Below, piece after piece: positions 1 through 14,347 of a stretch of DNA of 64,000 nucleotides. The stretch is from the human T2T-CHM13v2.0 reference genome, Homo sapiens. The notes beneath the pieces were generated by a model. That model worked only from the letters and a program-made list of their open reading frames with translations, searched no databases and had not been told where the DNA came from. Made by a program: the position numbers and the translations under genes. Positions within the stretch are counted from its first letter, which is position 1. Each line of letters starts with the position of its first letter. Location: the NCBI RefSeq assembly GCF_009914755.1, contig NC_060933.1; one strand, given 5' to 3'.

Positions 1-809
1 TGAGCATGCTCCTTAGTATAAGTTATGCACATTTCAAAGAAACAGACTGCAAGACACCATAAATCAGCTCTTTTTCAAGTTTCTAAAATGCCATTTTATG
101 CTCAGAAGCTGTGGAGTAGAATTTTTGTGGACCTAGTCACTTTTTAAAATAAAGAATTAGATGAATAGAGTCCCCAAAGCAGTCAGGGCACGCGACTGAT
201 TTGCACAGTGGATCCCTATGTGGATTCATTGTTTGTGAATTCCACTGAAGCCACACAATCGCTAAACCCCTGGGCAGTGGGAAGCAACATAGCAGGTTTG
301 CTCTGCCCCATCCCACCCAGAGTGTGTCTGCCCAGAAGGATTGTGAGAAGCCAGATGGGGATCTGCCACTTATACCTGTCAGTTCCCGTGCATCTTACAG
401 GATTTCAGCATAAACTTCCCTGTTATGTGTGAATAGAGGATTTGAAGATATATGATTTTCTTTCCACATGGCTTCTAAAAACATACCCACTCACTGCTGA
501 TATTCAAGGGGGAAAAAATGATCTGTTCAAACACAGGAAGGAGGAAGACAGCTTTGCAGACCAGAGAGAGCTTATCTCAACCTATGATCCGCGCTTTTCC
601 CAAGCAGTGAATCACTGTCCTAGTCACTTAAATTCTACACCTTTTCCCTTGTGCAGCCTCTAAAGCAGAGGTCCGGGAAGACATGACCTCACTCTCGGTA
701 GAAATTTTTATTAAGTTTTGCAGCTAATGCAATTCTGTTTTGGAATTTACATACACACATATGTTCATGCACACAACCCTACCTGAGCATGCACACACAC
801 ATCTCACCC

Positions 810-1086
<277 letters not shown>

Positions 1087-1838
1087 CCTACCTCTCTTGT
1101 CTTAGGGGCTACTCTATGGGTCCAGGGCAGGTTGGGTCCTCCTTCCCCAACCCGGTTTCCTTCTAGCAGCAATTCTGTTTTGTGTCTTTATATAGAGACT
1201 CAACCTTGTAAGAATTCATCTAAAGGGAAGAGCATTCATTTACTTTAAATGTTATGAAAATCAAGCAATATAACCCACCAGGAAACACTGACAGGCCACA
1301 TGGAATGACTAAGGTAGTGACACAGAAAATCACATCATGACAGTAATGTCCATGTTATGAGATCTCACTCTGGTTCTCCTGTTCTGTACAGGATCATCAG
1401 GCCTTTCACCAGGTGTCTGCAAACGTGTTCTCTCCAGGAATCAGCAAGCTATGCTCTGACATTTTTCGTCTCTGATTTGTAATGTGTTAAATTCCTCTCA
1501 TTTAATTATCACTAAAAAGTGGCTTCCCTGCAAATACGTTTCATGTCACCTCACATTCTCGCAGTCATGTTAATTAATTTGACTATAGTTGAGCTGCACT
1601 GGTGATGGTATTTGAATCTCCTTTCTTGCCCTAAATCATATAAAATGCCAACAGGGCACAGGCTGTGTTGCTTTCTCAGGTCAGAAATGCATCAAGCTTT
1701 TATTGAGAACATTCCCAAGTGACCTGTGAATCACTTGCAGCAGCTCTGTGACCCTGGCCTGGAGGACATAATTATCTTTATAGCTTTCTGACTGAGCATC
1801 TGTCTCTTTTTTGTTAAACATATGTCCATTGTCTGTGA

Positions 1839-2188
<350 letters not shown>

Positions 2189-4770
2189 GACAGAAGGGCT
2201 CTTTAGCAATAAAACTTGAGGCAGGGAAAGAGATACATTATTTTGCACAAAAATGAACAAAAGAGACTAAACAGTCTTTAATTTGGGAAGTGTAAAGAGG
2301 TTGGCTCTGTCTGAAATAATCCACTTTGAGGCCAGTGCTCAGGGGTCTTGCCTCCCCTGAAGATCCTGAGCTCTGTGCTGGGTTATGTTGAGGAGAGATA
2401 TGAGGCTTTCATCTAGGATAGGACTACTGATTGCAAGATACCTGCTAGAGGACCAAAGAAGGGTTTCTAGAGATGAGTCAAGGAATATTTAGATGCCGGA
2501 TGTCTACACAGTTAAGAAGAGAAGTGACAATGTCCCCAGAAGAGAAATAATGAGGCTTAGATTTTCCCTTAGTGCTGGACTGAGGGTGTGAAGAGGATCA
2601 AGAAGAGATGTATGCTCCACTCGAGAGCCACTGGATACAGTGGATAGCAGAGAAGGTGCTTTTACAGCTGAGCAAGATGTTTGTTTACTGGGTCAATTTC
2701 CATATGAGATCCCATGAGCAAGTAGGAGAGGGGGAAGCCTCAGAGAGCAGCTTATAATCCCACAGTGACCTATGAAAATGGTTTAGAGAATGTGGTATTG
2801 AAAGAGAAGGTCCATGATAAGCCATACACTGGAAGAGCTGGCAGAAGGACTCAGGCAGATATTGGATTCAATGGTGGCTTCTCAAAAACCATGGCCCGAG
2901 GACCTGGGTCAGCAGTAAGTCTGAGGAGGCAGCCCTTGCTGAGTGCTGTCAAGTACCAAAGGCCTGAGATGGTTATGTGAGTTCCACTGGGGTACTTGAA
3001 GTTGGGAGTTCAGCCCAGAATGGAGGAGGAAGGTCAGAGGCTGAGGAGCAAGGCAGAATGCTTCAGAGCTGCATGGGACGAAGGTTGAAAGTCAGGAAGG
3101 AAGCACCTGTTTGATGCATGATGGTTCTTATTTCTAGAGTAAGACTTGGTGAGGGCACAGGATGTCCAAAAAGCGTTTGCTGAATCCTTGGCCACCTGGT
3201 AGCTACAGGCCAAGCAGTGGACACCACCACTCACAATCTCTGATTATGTTCCCAGCTCATTTTGCCCTGGGGTAATTTCCTACCCAGCTTTCTTGACCAG
3301 CATCAGGCTGCATGCTATCTCCTTTAGAACCCTCAGAATTTTTCTGGCCTTTGTGGCTGAGGGAAAGAGGAGAAAACCAGTGGTGCTAACATTGTATACA
3401 TGTCCTGTGCAGCTGGGCTGCCATCTGCCACAGTGGTGGGCAGTGCAGTGTCACCAGAGAGCCATGGTGAGAAGCAGGAGCATGCTCTCAGACAAGGGAC
3501 ACTGAATTTCCCCAAGTCCCCACCCTCTCCAGGGGATGAGCCGTGTGCTCTCTACTGACTCACACTTCTGTCCTCAGTGGGATAATTCCTCCTGGATAGA
3601 AATTCAGATGGGCTGGGACCTGCCAGGGAAAGGGTTTGGGGCTTCAGACAGGAGAGCTTGCCCCCAGCTGACCTGGGCTTAACCCTGTCCAGGCGCGACC
3701 CCCAACCCCAGTGGTCATGAGCAGCTCCCAGCTCTCTCGATACAGGGATTGGCGAGGCCCTAGGGACACACGCCAGCTAAGATTAAGCAGGAGCCTCCCA
3801 CTGGGATGCTAAAAACTGGAACCTCATATCATTGCCAATTTTCAGTCAGTCCATGGGGTAACTTGTGATCCTCACCCTCTGCAAACTCACAAGGGGTCTC
3901 CGTGCGGCTTCGGTGCAGAGCTACCATGTTGGGGTGCCTTGAGGTAACCGGAGCCTCTGCTTTGGTGGTGTTTCTGGACCTTGTTGCCCAACTGGAGCAA
4001 GGACTTTTTGGGGATCCCCTTCTTGGGGTTGCTGGGGGTAACATTGGCCCTTTCCTAGTGACACAGGCATCCATGTGAGTGCACCCATCAGAGGGAGGCC
4101 TGCTCACCCCATGGGTTGTTCATGACTCTTCAGCGAAGGGTATCTGGAGGGAGAAGACATCAGAATTTTCATGTTCCCTGAAGTCTGAGAAATGAAAGGA
4201 GATATGAAAAGAAAACTACATACGATGACCTGAGGGCTCTTCCTTCATGAGCAGTGCTTTAGGGAACCTCCTAGGAAGTCTGCTGTCGGATACAGACACA
4301 TCAAACAATCACATCAAAAAACTCCAACCACATCTCAGTGAGGGGCCTGTGGCAGGAAACATTAACAAGTGTGATGAGTGTGGAATGTCAGACTGTGAAC
4401 CAACCGCACATAGCACACCAATGCCCTGGGTCCTTAGTCTATCCTAGACTTTTGGATAGAATTGCTCATTAATCCATGCCATCATTTTGCAGAGTAAACA
4501 CAGCAGACAGGAAAACCTGCTACTGATATGTGGAAGGGCAGCTTGTTGGTTGATAGAGCAACACTTCAGGGGTCTGGGGCTTGGCCTCAGATGAACTGGG
4601 ATCTTGAGGAGAGCTGATCCCATCAGCCCTGACTTCATCTGGGGAAAGGTCAGAGGAAGCCAGGGGGCTGACATCATGGGAAATTGTTTTGACAGCTGCA
4701 GAGCTGACACATGACTCCAGTTCTTCAGGTACAAAGTGATAGATGGAAGGTGTGTGGGCATTGAGTGGTT

Positions 4771-4956
4771 CAGTGGTTCTCATACCTCATTGTGTGGCAG
4801 CGTGATCTGGAAGCTTTGTGAAAACATACTTGCTGAGGCCCACCTGCAGAGGTTCTGACTCAGAAGGCCTGAGGAGGGCCCAAGTGATTGCTTTTCTAAC
4901 TAGCTCCAGGTGACATGGATGTCGCTGGTCTGGGGACCATACTTGGAGAATCATTG
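4771..4956. mobile_element. MER5A-like hAT-Charlie non-autonomous DNA transposon
   Basis: Terminal inverted repeats CAGTGGTTCTC ... GAGAATCATTG; ~186 bp; internal similarity to MER5 consensus. Confidence 0.75.
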
Positions 4957-6258
4957 ACATGTGTCATAAGAACGCATAACAGCAAAAGCCCTTGGCCACT
5001 TGGGGGCCTGTCTAACAGAGAGGCCCAATGCTTCTCTCTCGTAAAGTAGATATATTAGCACTGAAAATGACTCAGATAAGAGAAGAGCCATGTAAGACGG
5101 CAAGCTCCCCATGCATGTCCCCCTGAAGGCCGGCATGGATATTGCTGAGCTATGAGAGGGGCCACCTTGACCCAGGGCAATTCCAGAGCCTGGGCCCTCC
5201 CCAGAGGCTATTGAGATGCTGGCCTTGGATCCATCACACTGAGCCCATTGCTGCTGCCATGGACCAGATGTGGGATAGTCAGACAGCTCTTGAAGAAGGT
5301 GGATCCAGACTACCTCCCCAGTCATTAAGCTTCTGCCCACAGAAAACACTGATAATAAGGAAATGCTATGGAGATTACTGCAGCACCTGCTCTGGAAATA
5401 GTGGATGCTGCCTGAGAAATACCACCCCACAATGCTAATTAATTTAGAAAATAGAAAGGATTGATGTTAAAGATAAATGGGATATAGTTCTTTAGGGATA
5501 GAAGCTAGATAGAGAAGAAAATAAACTTGACCCCCTGCACCTTCTGTATTTGGTGGAAAGTGTTTCTCACAAAATCCACCCATGCCAAGTTGATTCAGAC
5601 CAGAAAATCCAGAAAAATAACCCCCATTGTCATTTGTCTGCAAAGCTTGACTTCAAAGCAACAAAATGTATTTGCTGCAATGATTACTGTATATGTCCAG
5701 AAAAAAGTCTTCCAGCCTAGCACAGAGATTGTAGGAAAATCATTCTAGGGGCTTGTATTCCTCACCTAGATCTGTTCAGACCCAGGGAAGTTCTGGGGAG
5801 ACAGTCATGATGAAATGAGATGCATTTGGTGGAAATAGAAGATGGGAGAGAGGGCCCTTCTATGATGCAACTCAAGGCAGAGAAGGAGACAGCTACTTTT
5901 ACCAGAATAGACACAGAATCTTTAAGAATTTAATCCTAGTCCTGTGAAATCTTTTAGACAATCGCTTTGATCCCAAACAAAACCAAGAACCTCTTTCTTT
6001 ATTCCAACAGCCTCAGAATACGAAGTGCCCTGCCTTCCATCCCAGCCCACCCAGACAAGCAACTGAACAAAGTGGAATATGGGCTAGTGTTGAGAAGCCA
6101 TTCTCAAACCTCCACCAGGGGCTTGCTACATGACTGGGGACTCCATGCAAGAAAATGTGGGGCTCCTCATTCACAAAATAGAAAAAGGTATAATTAAAGG
6201 TATTAAAATGTAAAGCATTTTCTTTTAAAACTATTTTATTACTGATAAAACTTGAGGG

Positions 6259-7121
6259 TGATTAGTCAATATACTACAGAGAAACAGAACCAATAGGTTA
6301 ATAGGTAGATGATAGATAGATAATAAATAGGTAGACAGATAGATAGAAGATAGATGGTGATATAGTTTTGCTGTGTCCCCACCAAAATCTCATCTTGAAT
6401 TGTAGTTCCCAGAATCCCCATGTATCATAAGAGGGACCCAGTGGGAGGTAATTGAATCATGGGGTGGTTAACCCCATGCTGTTCTCATGATAGTGAGTGA
6501 GTTCTCACGAGATCTGATGGTTTTATAAGGGACTTTTCTCCGTTTGCTTTGGCACTTCTCATTCCTACCGCCACATGAAGAAAGATGTGTTTGCTTTCTC
6601 TTCTGCCGTGATTATAAGTTACCTGAGGTATCCCCAGCCCTGTGAGTCAATTTAACCTCTTTCCTTTATAAATTACCCAGTGTCGGGCAGCTCTTTATAG
6701 CAGCGTGAGAACGAAGTAATACAGGTAAATAGTAAGAGGAAGAGGAGAGATACACAATAAGGAATTGGTTCACACAATTACAGAGGCTAGGAAGTTGCAA
6801 GATCTGCAGTCAGCAGTTACAGACCCAGGAGAGCTGACAATGTAAGTTCCAGTCCAAGTTTGAATTTGAGGTCAGAAGGAGACCAATCTCCCAGTGCAAA
6901 GACAGGCAAAGAAAGCAAGTTCTGTCACTCCACCTTTTGTGTTCTATTCAGGCCTTCAACAGGTTGGATGATGCTCACCTGCACCTGGGAGGGCCATCTG
7001 CTAATTCCAATGCTGATCTTATCCAGAAACACCCTCACAGACACACCTAGAAATAATGTTTAACCAAATATCTTGGCACCTTACAGCATAGTTGGGTTGT
7101 AACAAAAAATTAACCTTCACA
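6259..7121 (-). mobile_element. MLT2B-like ERVL solo LTR (interrupted by THE1)
   Basis: GAGAAACAGAACCAATAGG plus (GATA)n tract; AAGGAATTGGTTCACAC; ends ...AAATTAACCTTCACA. Confidence 0.88.
6358..6723 (+). mobile_element. THE1 (THE1C/D-like) MaLR solo LTR
   Basis: TGATATAGTTTTGCTGTGTCCCCACCAAAATCTCATCTTGAATTG ... GAGAACGAAGTAATACA; ~366 bp; sits in the MLT2 GATA tract. Confidence 0.92.
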
Positions 7122-7289
7122 AGGGGTAATAGTTTTACCTGAGTAACAACAAAATTCACTTGCAAATTCATACATACACATGTGTATTTATATATACATA
7201 TATACATATGAAAAAATTATATATAATGGTGTCATAATTTAATATAATAAGTAATACTTTATTAATGTGAGATTTTGATTGATTGTAAG

Positions 7290-7485
7290 ATTTTCCTGAC
7301 CTGTTATTCTGAAATTCATTTATTATCTCATCAAAATTTTTACTTTTGCAACTTGTTTATGATTGATATAACTGAAAGCAATGTCAGTCAATGTTGGCAA
7401 ATACAAGGTTGCAAATAATTTTTACTCATGGCTTAAAGTGAGAAGGACCTTTATGCTAATGAAAATATTAGTGAGGCTGTTAAGT
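7290..7485 (-). pseudogene. Degraded hAT transposase C-terminal dimerisation (hATC) coding remnant
   Basis: Manual minus-strand translation LTASLIFSLA*RSFSL*AMSKNYLQPCICQH*LTLLSVISI, then after a frameshift KNFDEIINEF; fits the hATC pattern (AERSFSxLxxxKNYLR...RLxxLxxxSI...FDxIIxxF). Confidence 0.8.
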
Positions 7486-9779
7486 GTGTTTATGGGAATT
7501 GTGGAAATTTTCCATAAAATGTTGGGATAAATTTCTTATAACTGATTTCAATATATTAATTTTAGGCCATCTGGAGTTGATGATTCCTATGGAATAAATT
7601 TTCTAAAATGGTTTAACTCTTGACACAAACAGGTTTCATGCAATTCTGAATTTAACTTCAAATGTAAATGCAATGGCAACATTCTCTGATAGCTTGCGGA
7701 GGGTGTACAAGAAGAGCTAAGTGGCTTTGTGATCTGTATATAACTCAAAGGCCTGTTTTGCAAGTTATCCTTGTAACTTCAATTACAGGGAAAAGTTAAT
7801 TCCAACGTTGTTCTCTTCTTCATAATGGATTCATCAGAAGCCCCTTATGGAAATGTGGCTTTTTCTGTTCAATGTGATAAACTTTAAATGTAATTTTTAT
7901 TTCTGGTACTACGAGTATTTGCTTTGCAATGTTGCGGCAATTTTTAAAACTATGGGTTCTAAATCCTTACAAGGAACCTCATAACTTTCTGATATGCATT
8001 ATTGCAATGCCCATATGTGCACTTTTTGGTAACAATTTGCTGACAAAATTGACATCATGAGCCCTGGAGTTTCCTCCTCTGAGTCCACTGTTGCCTGTGA
8101 AGAATTCCTCCTTTGTCTACTGCCACAGTACCCGCCAGCAGTGTGGACCCAGATCCCAGACCGGCCTGTGCTTTTGAGGCCCCACCATTCCCCGGACTGC
8201 CCCAGGTGTGCTCAGGGCAACTGCTTGGTGCACACACTGCAGCCATGTTCCTAAGCCTGAGCCTGTGTGTGGAAGCGTTGTCCCCAAGCGGAGCTTTTCA
8301 CTCATGTGTGTTCTCCAATGTCCATGCCTCACTTAAAAAACATGAGTTTAAAGGTAAAAGTTTAAGTTAGTTCCAATGAATCTCAGCAAATCATTAAACC
8401 AACATGGGGACCCTCCCGAGAGCAGGACCCTGCTGCAAGCCTATGATGCTTGCACAATTTGTAAGCCCATGAAGCTGTCCCTGCCACCACTCAGCATAGA
8501 TTTTTAGAGCATTGGACTATTTGAACATCCATCTGAGATGCTGTGTGGGTTCTTGCACAGGTCACTATTCAACCACTCCTGGCTTGCATGAAAAAGGGCT
8601 TACATAAAGGTTACTTTGAATTTTGCCACACTATCTTCATTGAATTCTAGGCCTTCTCATACTTGGAGGATCATTACTAGTTTTCTCATTCCAGACACCC
8701 TAGTTCAAACATTGGCTAAGATGTGCTTACCATCAGTGCTCAGTCTAACTGCTGTTCCTTTGCAGCCACTTTGCACACATTGTGCCTGAAACCACCTATC
8801 ATGGGAACCTGGATTTCTGACAATAAATTTAAACCAGGAAATAGCCATTGCGATCATACGGGTGGGCGAACAGGTCCATTTCAGGGCTACTATAGGCAAA
8901 TCAGAGTTACAAACATAAAATTATAAAGATGAATTATATTTGTGCATTTTACTGTCTACATGATAATTATGCAAGCTTCTTTGTTAATATATGAGCTGCT
9001 GCTAAAAAGTTTCATTCCGCTTAATGGTAATGATGCTGTTGTCCAGTATAAACACATCTATAAATTGGAGATAATAATAAGCATTTCTTCAAATATATTT
9101 TTAGATACTTGCATGATACTTTTAGATACATGGAATATATCTTCACTAAATCAAAACAATGCATCTGAACATGAGGACTCATGCTGCAAAACTTGTTTCA
9201 GTGAGGATAAATATAACTCAGGGAAGAGAGCAGAATTAAAACTGTAAACACCACAGCACTGTCATTTGAACCCACTGCTGTAGACTAGTTTAGGATAATG
9301 TCCCTTAACAATACTATCTGGTCTCTCTGCAGCAAGGAACTTGCCTTTGTTAGCATTTGATTGGATTTGGGGTAACATACAAATTCAATATCTAAGTCAG
9401 AAGTTCAAAGCAGAAATACCCCTTGTGATTATACTCCTGCATTTCTAAGAAAAGAGATATTTCATATGGTGGGAAATGGTCATTGGGCACAATTCTAACT
9501 AGTTCATTTTTTCCCATCAGTTCATTTTGCAAGTGTTCAAACACAGAAAAGCCATGGCAGTGTGAACATGAACATGACCAGGACTCAGAACCTACCATTC
9601 ATGTTACTACCCTTGCTTTGACTTACCTATTCATCCCTCCTTCCCTCTAGCCACCACCAGGCCACCTCACTTATTAATACATTTTAAAATAAGTTGTAGA
9701 GGTCAGTCCTCTTCACCCTAAATACTTTGGGGTACATATCATTGACTTGAGTTCAAGATGTACCTATTCTATGTTTTTT

Positions 9780-9985
9780 TCTAGTTAAAGTTACAGAGAG
9801 GGAAATGCACAAAACTTGAGGGGACCATTTCAATGAGTTTTGACAAATTTGGTATACACCTGTGTAACCGAATTCCCAAGAAGATATAGAACTTTGCCAT
9901 CACTCCTGAAAGTTCCCTTAGGCTTTCCCCATCACTTCCAGCCACCACCAATGACAGGGCCACTTTTCTGGCCTTCTTCATTATT
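9780..9985 (-). mobile_element. Old L1M (L1ME/MB-type) 3' fragment
   Basis: CAATGAGTTTTGACAAAT...GATATAGAACTTTGCCATCACTCCTGAAAGTTCCCT is typical of an antisense L1M 3' end. Confidence 0.6.
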
Positions 9986-11140
9986 AATTAGGGTTGCCCA
10001 TGAATCAGTTCATTTTCATCTTCCTTGTATAATCGAATATATAAAGGTTTACAGGCTTTGCTTTCAAACTAGAGAAACTTTAGTCGTTCATTGAATATTC
10101 ATTTATTTTTTAATATTTAAGGATAATTTCTAATGATGTGTATGAGCAAAGCACAGTCTCCTGGGGGAGGCAGATTTTGGCAAAAGGGAGAGGATCTCTT
10201 GCTTCTCTCAAGGTAGCCTGGCTGTTTAGGAGAAAGAAAATAGGCAAATTCATCTGCTGAATATCCCCTGTGGGAAAATCAAAACAACTTCATCTTCTCC
10301 TTTACCCTGGGCTTCACTGTGTTTTCTTTTCTCACATCACTGGAAGGCAGAACATTTTTCTCCCCACAGCTCTGCTTGAGGTCTTTTCTATTTTGTGTTC
10401 AGAAGGTGCTTGCCAGAGACAAGGGGGTTCTCTGCAGGCTGCAGAATTTAATCAGCAAGAGTGAGGTGTTCCAGGATCCAGTGGCTTCTGAGACCTCACT
10501 TCCTAGAGAACACAGAGGACTTATCTTAGATCATTTCCAGCGGGCTGCCCTGGCAAGGCCAGAGATAGAAACACAGCCAGTAAGCAGCAAAATATGAGGG
10601 CCCTCAGCTCTCCTTCCTGTTTGTTTTGCTGGGCAGGTTGATCGAAACTGGAACATCAGGTCTGCCAAAACCCAAAACTGTTGGCCTAGAGTAGAGCTCC
10701 TACGATTCCATCAATTCCGAACTGCCATTGTTTTGCCATAAGGTACAAATATTGATTGACTTATTTACTCATTTATTTATTTATTTATTTGTTTGTTTGT
10801 TTATTCCAAATACTCATTGTCCCCCGGACCCCCTAAATGATCTTAACATTTTCTTTCTACCAGCGATGCAAGCCTAAAAGTAGCCCCTAATGCCTTCCTT
10901 CCTCACTGCAGCCAATCTACTGCTGACACCTGCCTGTGTGGCCTCTCTGGTACCTCTAGAATATGCTTATTTGTCTCTGTTTATTCATAAAATATAAGTC
11001 AGTGAGCATCTCTCGTGTCCCAGGGGTTTACGACGCAGTGGGGACACAGTGATACAGGAAGAAGAATAGGCTCATGCTCCCTGGAGATTACATTCTAGGG
11101 AGGAGAAAAACATGAACTCACAGAAGCAAACATTTGAGTA

Positions 11141-12286
<1,146 letters not shown>

Positions 12287-13125
12287 AATCAGATCATGGC
12301 AAGTGCTGTGAATAAGAAATTCAAGACCAAAGGTCTGGCAACACCATGAGAAGAAGAGGGAGCAACAATATATAGAGTGGTGAAAGGAGGTCTTTTTGAG
12401 GTGAATATATTGGAACTAAGATTGAATGATGAGAAAGAGACAGTCATGTGATGATCTGGTTGGGAATTTCGGGTAGAGGGAATAGGTGCTGACACCTTAC
12501 CTCTACCTACCATCATTCCTTCCCTAGCCCCATTAATGGGTCTACAAGGATGCATTCCCACTCACATCCACTGCATCCTTTGCGCTGATGCTCTGAAATG
12601 CAAGCCTGATTCCATCAGTTTCCAGGTCCTCCTGCTGTGCCTGTCAAAACACCCAATGGCTCTGTGTTGCTACTGCTCTTAGGGAAAAATGTCCTTACCC
12701 TGGCAGCATGTGACCCGCTGGTCCAGGACCAGCCCATGCCTTCTTCTCCAGCCATGTGTCCACACCCTTCGGGCCCCACGAGCTGGTCAGCCTTCACGGC
12801 CATTGTACTTGCACACGTGCTGTTTTTCCTGTGGTCAGAGGCCCTTTTCACTTCTGTTTTCCTAGTAAATCCAGGCTCATCCTTTGGATTCCAGATTATT
12901 CCTCATTACCTCAGGAAAACCTTCCCTGAGGCATTTTTCTTGAATTAGATGACTCAACTGCATGTATTCAGGGCACGATGGTCTCCCTTACATAGCACTG
13001 ATCACTCTGGAAATTTCCCATGCAATTTAGAATTATTTGATTAATGCCTGTCTATAAGATTCTGTTGTGTGGGGGATGTGCATGTGGTGTTTGTGTGTGT
13101 GGGAATATGTGTGTTGTATGGGGGA

Positions 13126-13149
13126 TGTGTGTGTGTGTGTGTGTGTGTG
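13126..13149. repeat. (TG)12 microsatellite in a GT-rich tract
   Basis: Direct reading. Confidence 0.9.
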
Positions 13150-13998
13150 CTGTGATGTGTATCTAGGAGAAAGAAGTGATAAATAATACTCAAGTCTCGG
13201 CAGTGTATATTTTATCAGCTGCTAGTAGAAGATGGATTGGGTTGGGTTTTTGTTTTTGACTTTTATTTTTATTTTTTAGGTTTTGCTATTACATTGTCCT
13301 AGGAGACTGTACAATTCTGCAAAAGTAATAAGTTATATTAAGTAATCTCAGAAGAATTCTGAAATAGAAGTGAATAAAAATTAAGTAAGGCAGTATTTAA
13401 TAAGGAGGTTATTTTTTTTTTTTAATTTAAGCCCAAAACATATGAGGCACATATAAGAAGGCCCTTGGTAAATATTTTGAAGAAAAAAAAAGGTTTATTT
13501 CCTGCAGAAATTATTTTTGGTATTTATTGCAAAATAGAAAATCTAATTTTCTCAAAATTTTAAAACTGTTTCCATGACACAGCAACGTGGTGTGCAGAGC
13601 AGTCCTGGATGCCCATAGTATTTCCCTGGCTCTGCTCCCAGCCTCTCTGAAGCAGTGATTGCCCATTGATAGCTATGGAGTCCAAGGGTCATTTCCTGTG
13701 TACTGCCAGAGTCCCTGTGGCCACCTGCTGGTGACCAAGGAAGACCTCACAGCTGGGCTAGCTTGCTGATGGATGTCAGCAGCACCATCCCTGCCTCCCC
13801 TTCCCCGCTGCTGGGTACAACCCTTCAAGGCTGCAGGCGCCAGTCTTGCCGTAGCCTTCTGCTCTCAGTATTCTGTGGAGGTTTTCATAAAGAGATATTT
13901 TGTTTTCAGTAACACTTGGGTTGGACTGGACTGGATTGGACTGGAAACAATTTAAGCAAAAGTTATTTTTTATATAGACTCCAAATGACACTTTCTGA

Positions 13999-14347
<349 letters not shown>

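Larger units (their letters stand above)
6116..8483 (-). mobile_element. Zaphod-like hAT-Tip100 DNA transposon fossil, interrupted by MLT2/THE1
   Basis: Left terminus CAGGGGCTTGCTACATGA...GAAAATGTGGGGCTCC; right terminus ...GCCCATGAAGCTGTCCCTG (MER115/MER45/Zaphod-type ends); degenerate flanks CCTCCAC/CCACCAC; transposase remnant at ~7290-7485. Confidence 0.75.

Noticed and set aside
4951-5438. 159-aa (-) and 98-aa (+) ORFs
   Set aside because: Non-ATG starts, no recognisable domain, and lengths compatible with chance.
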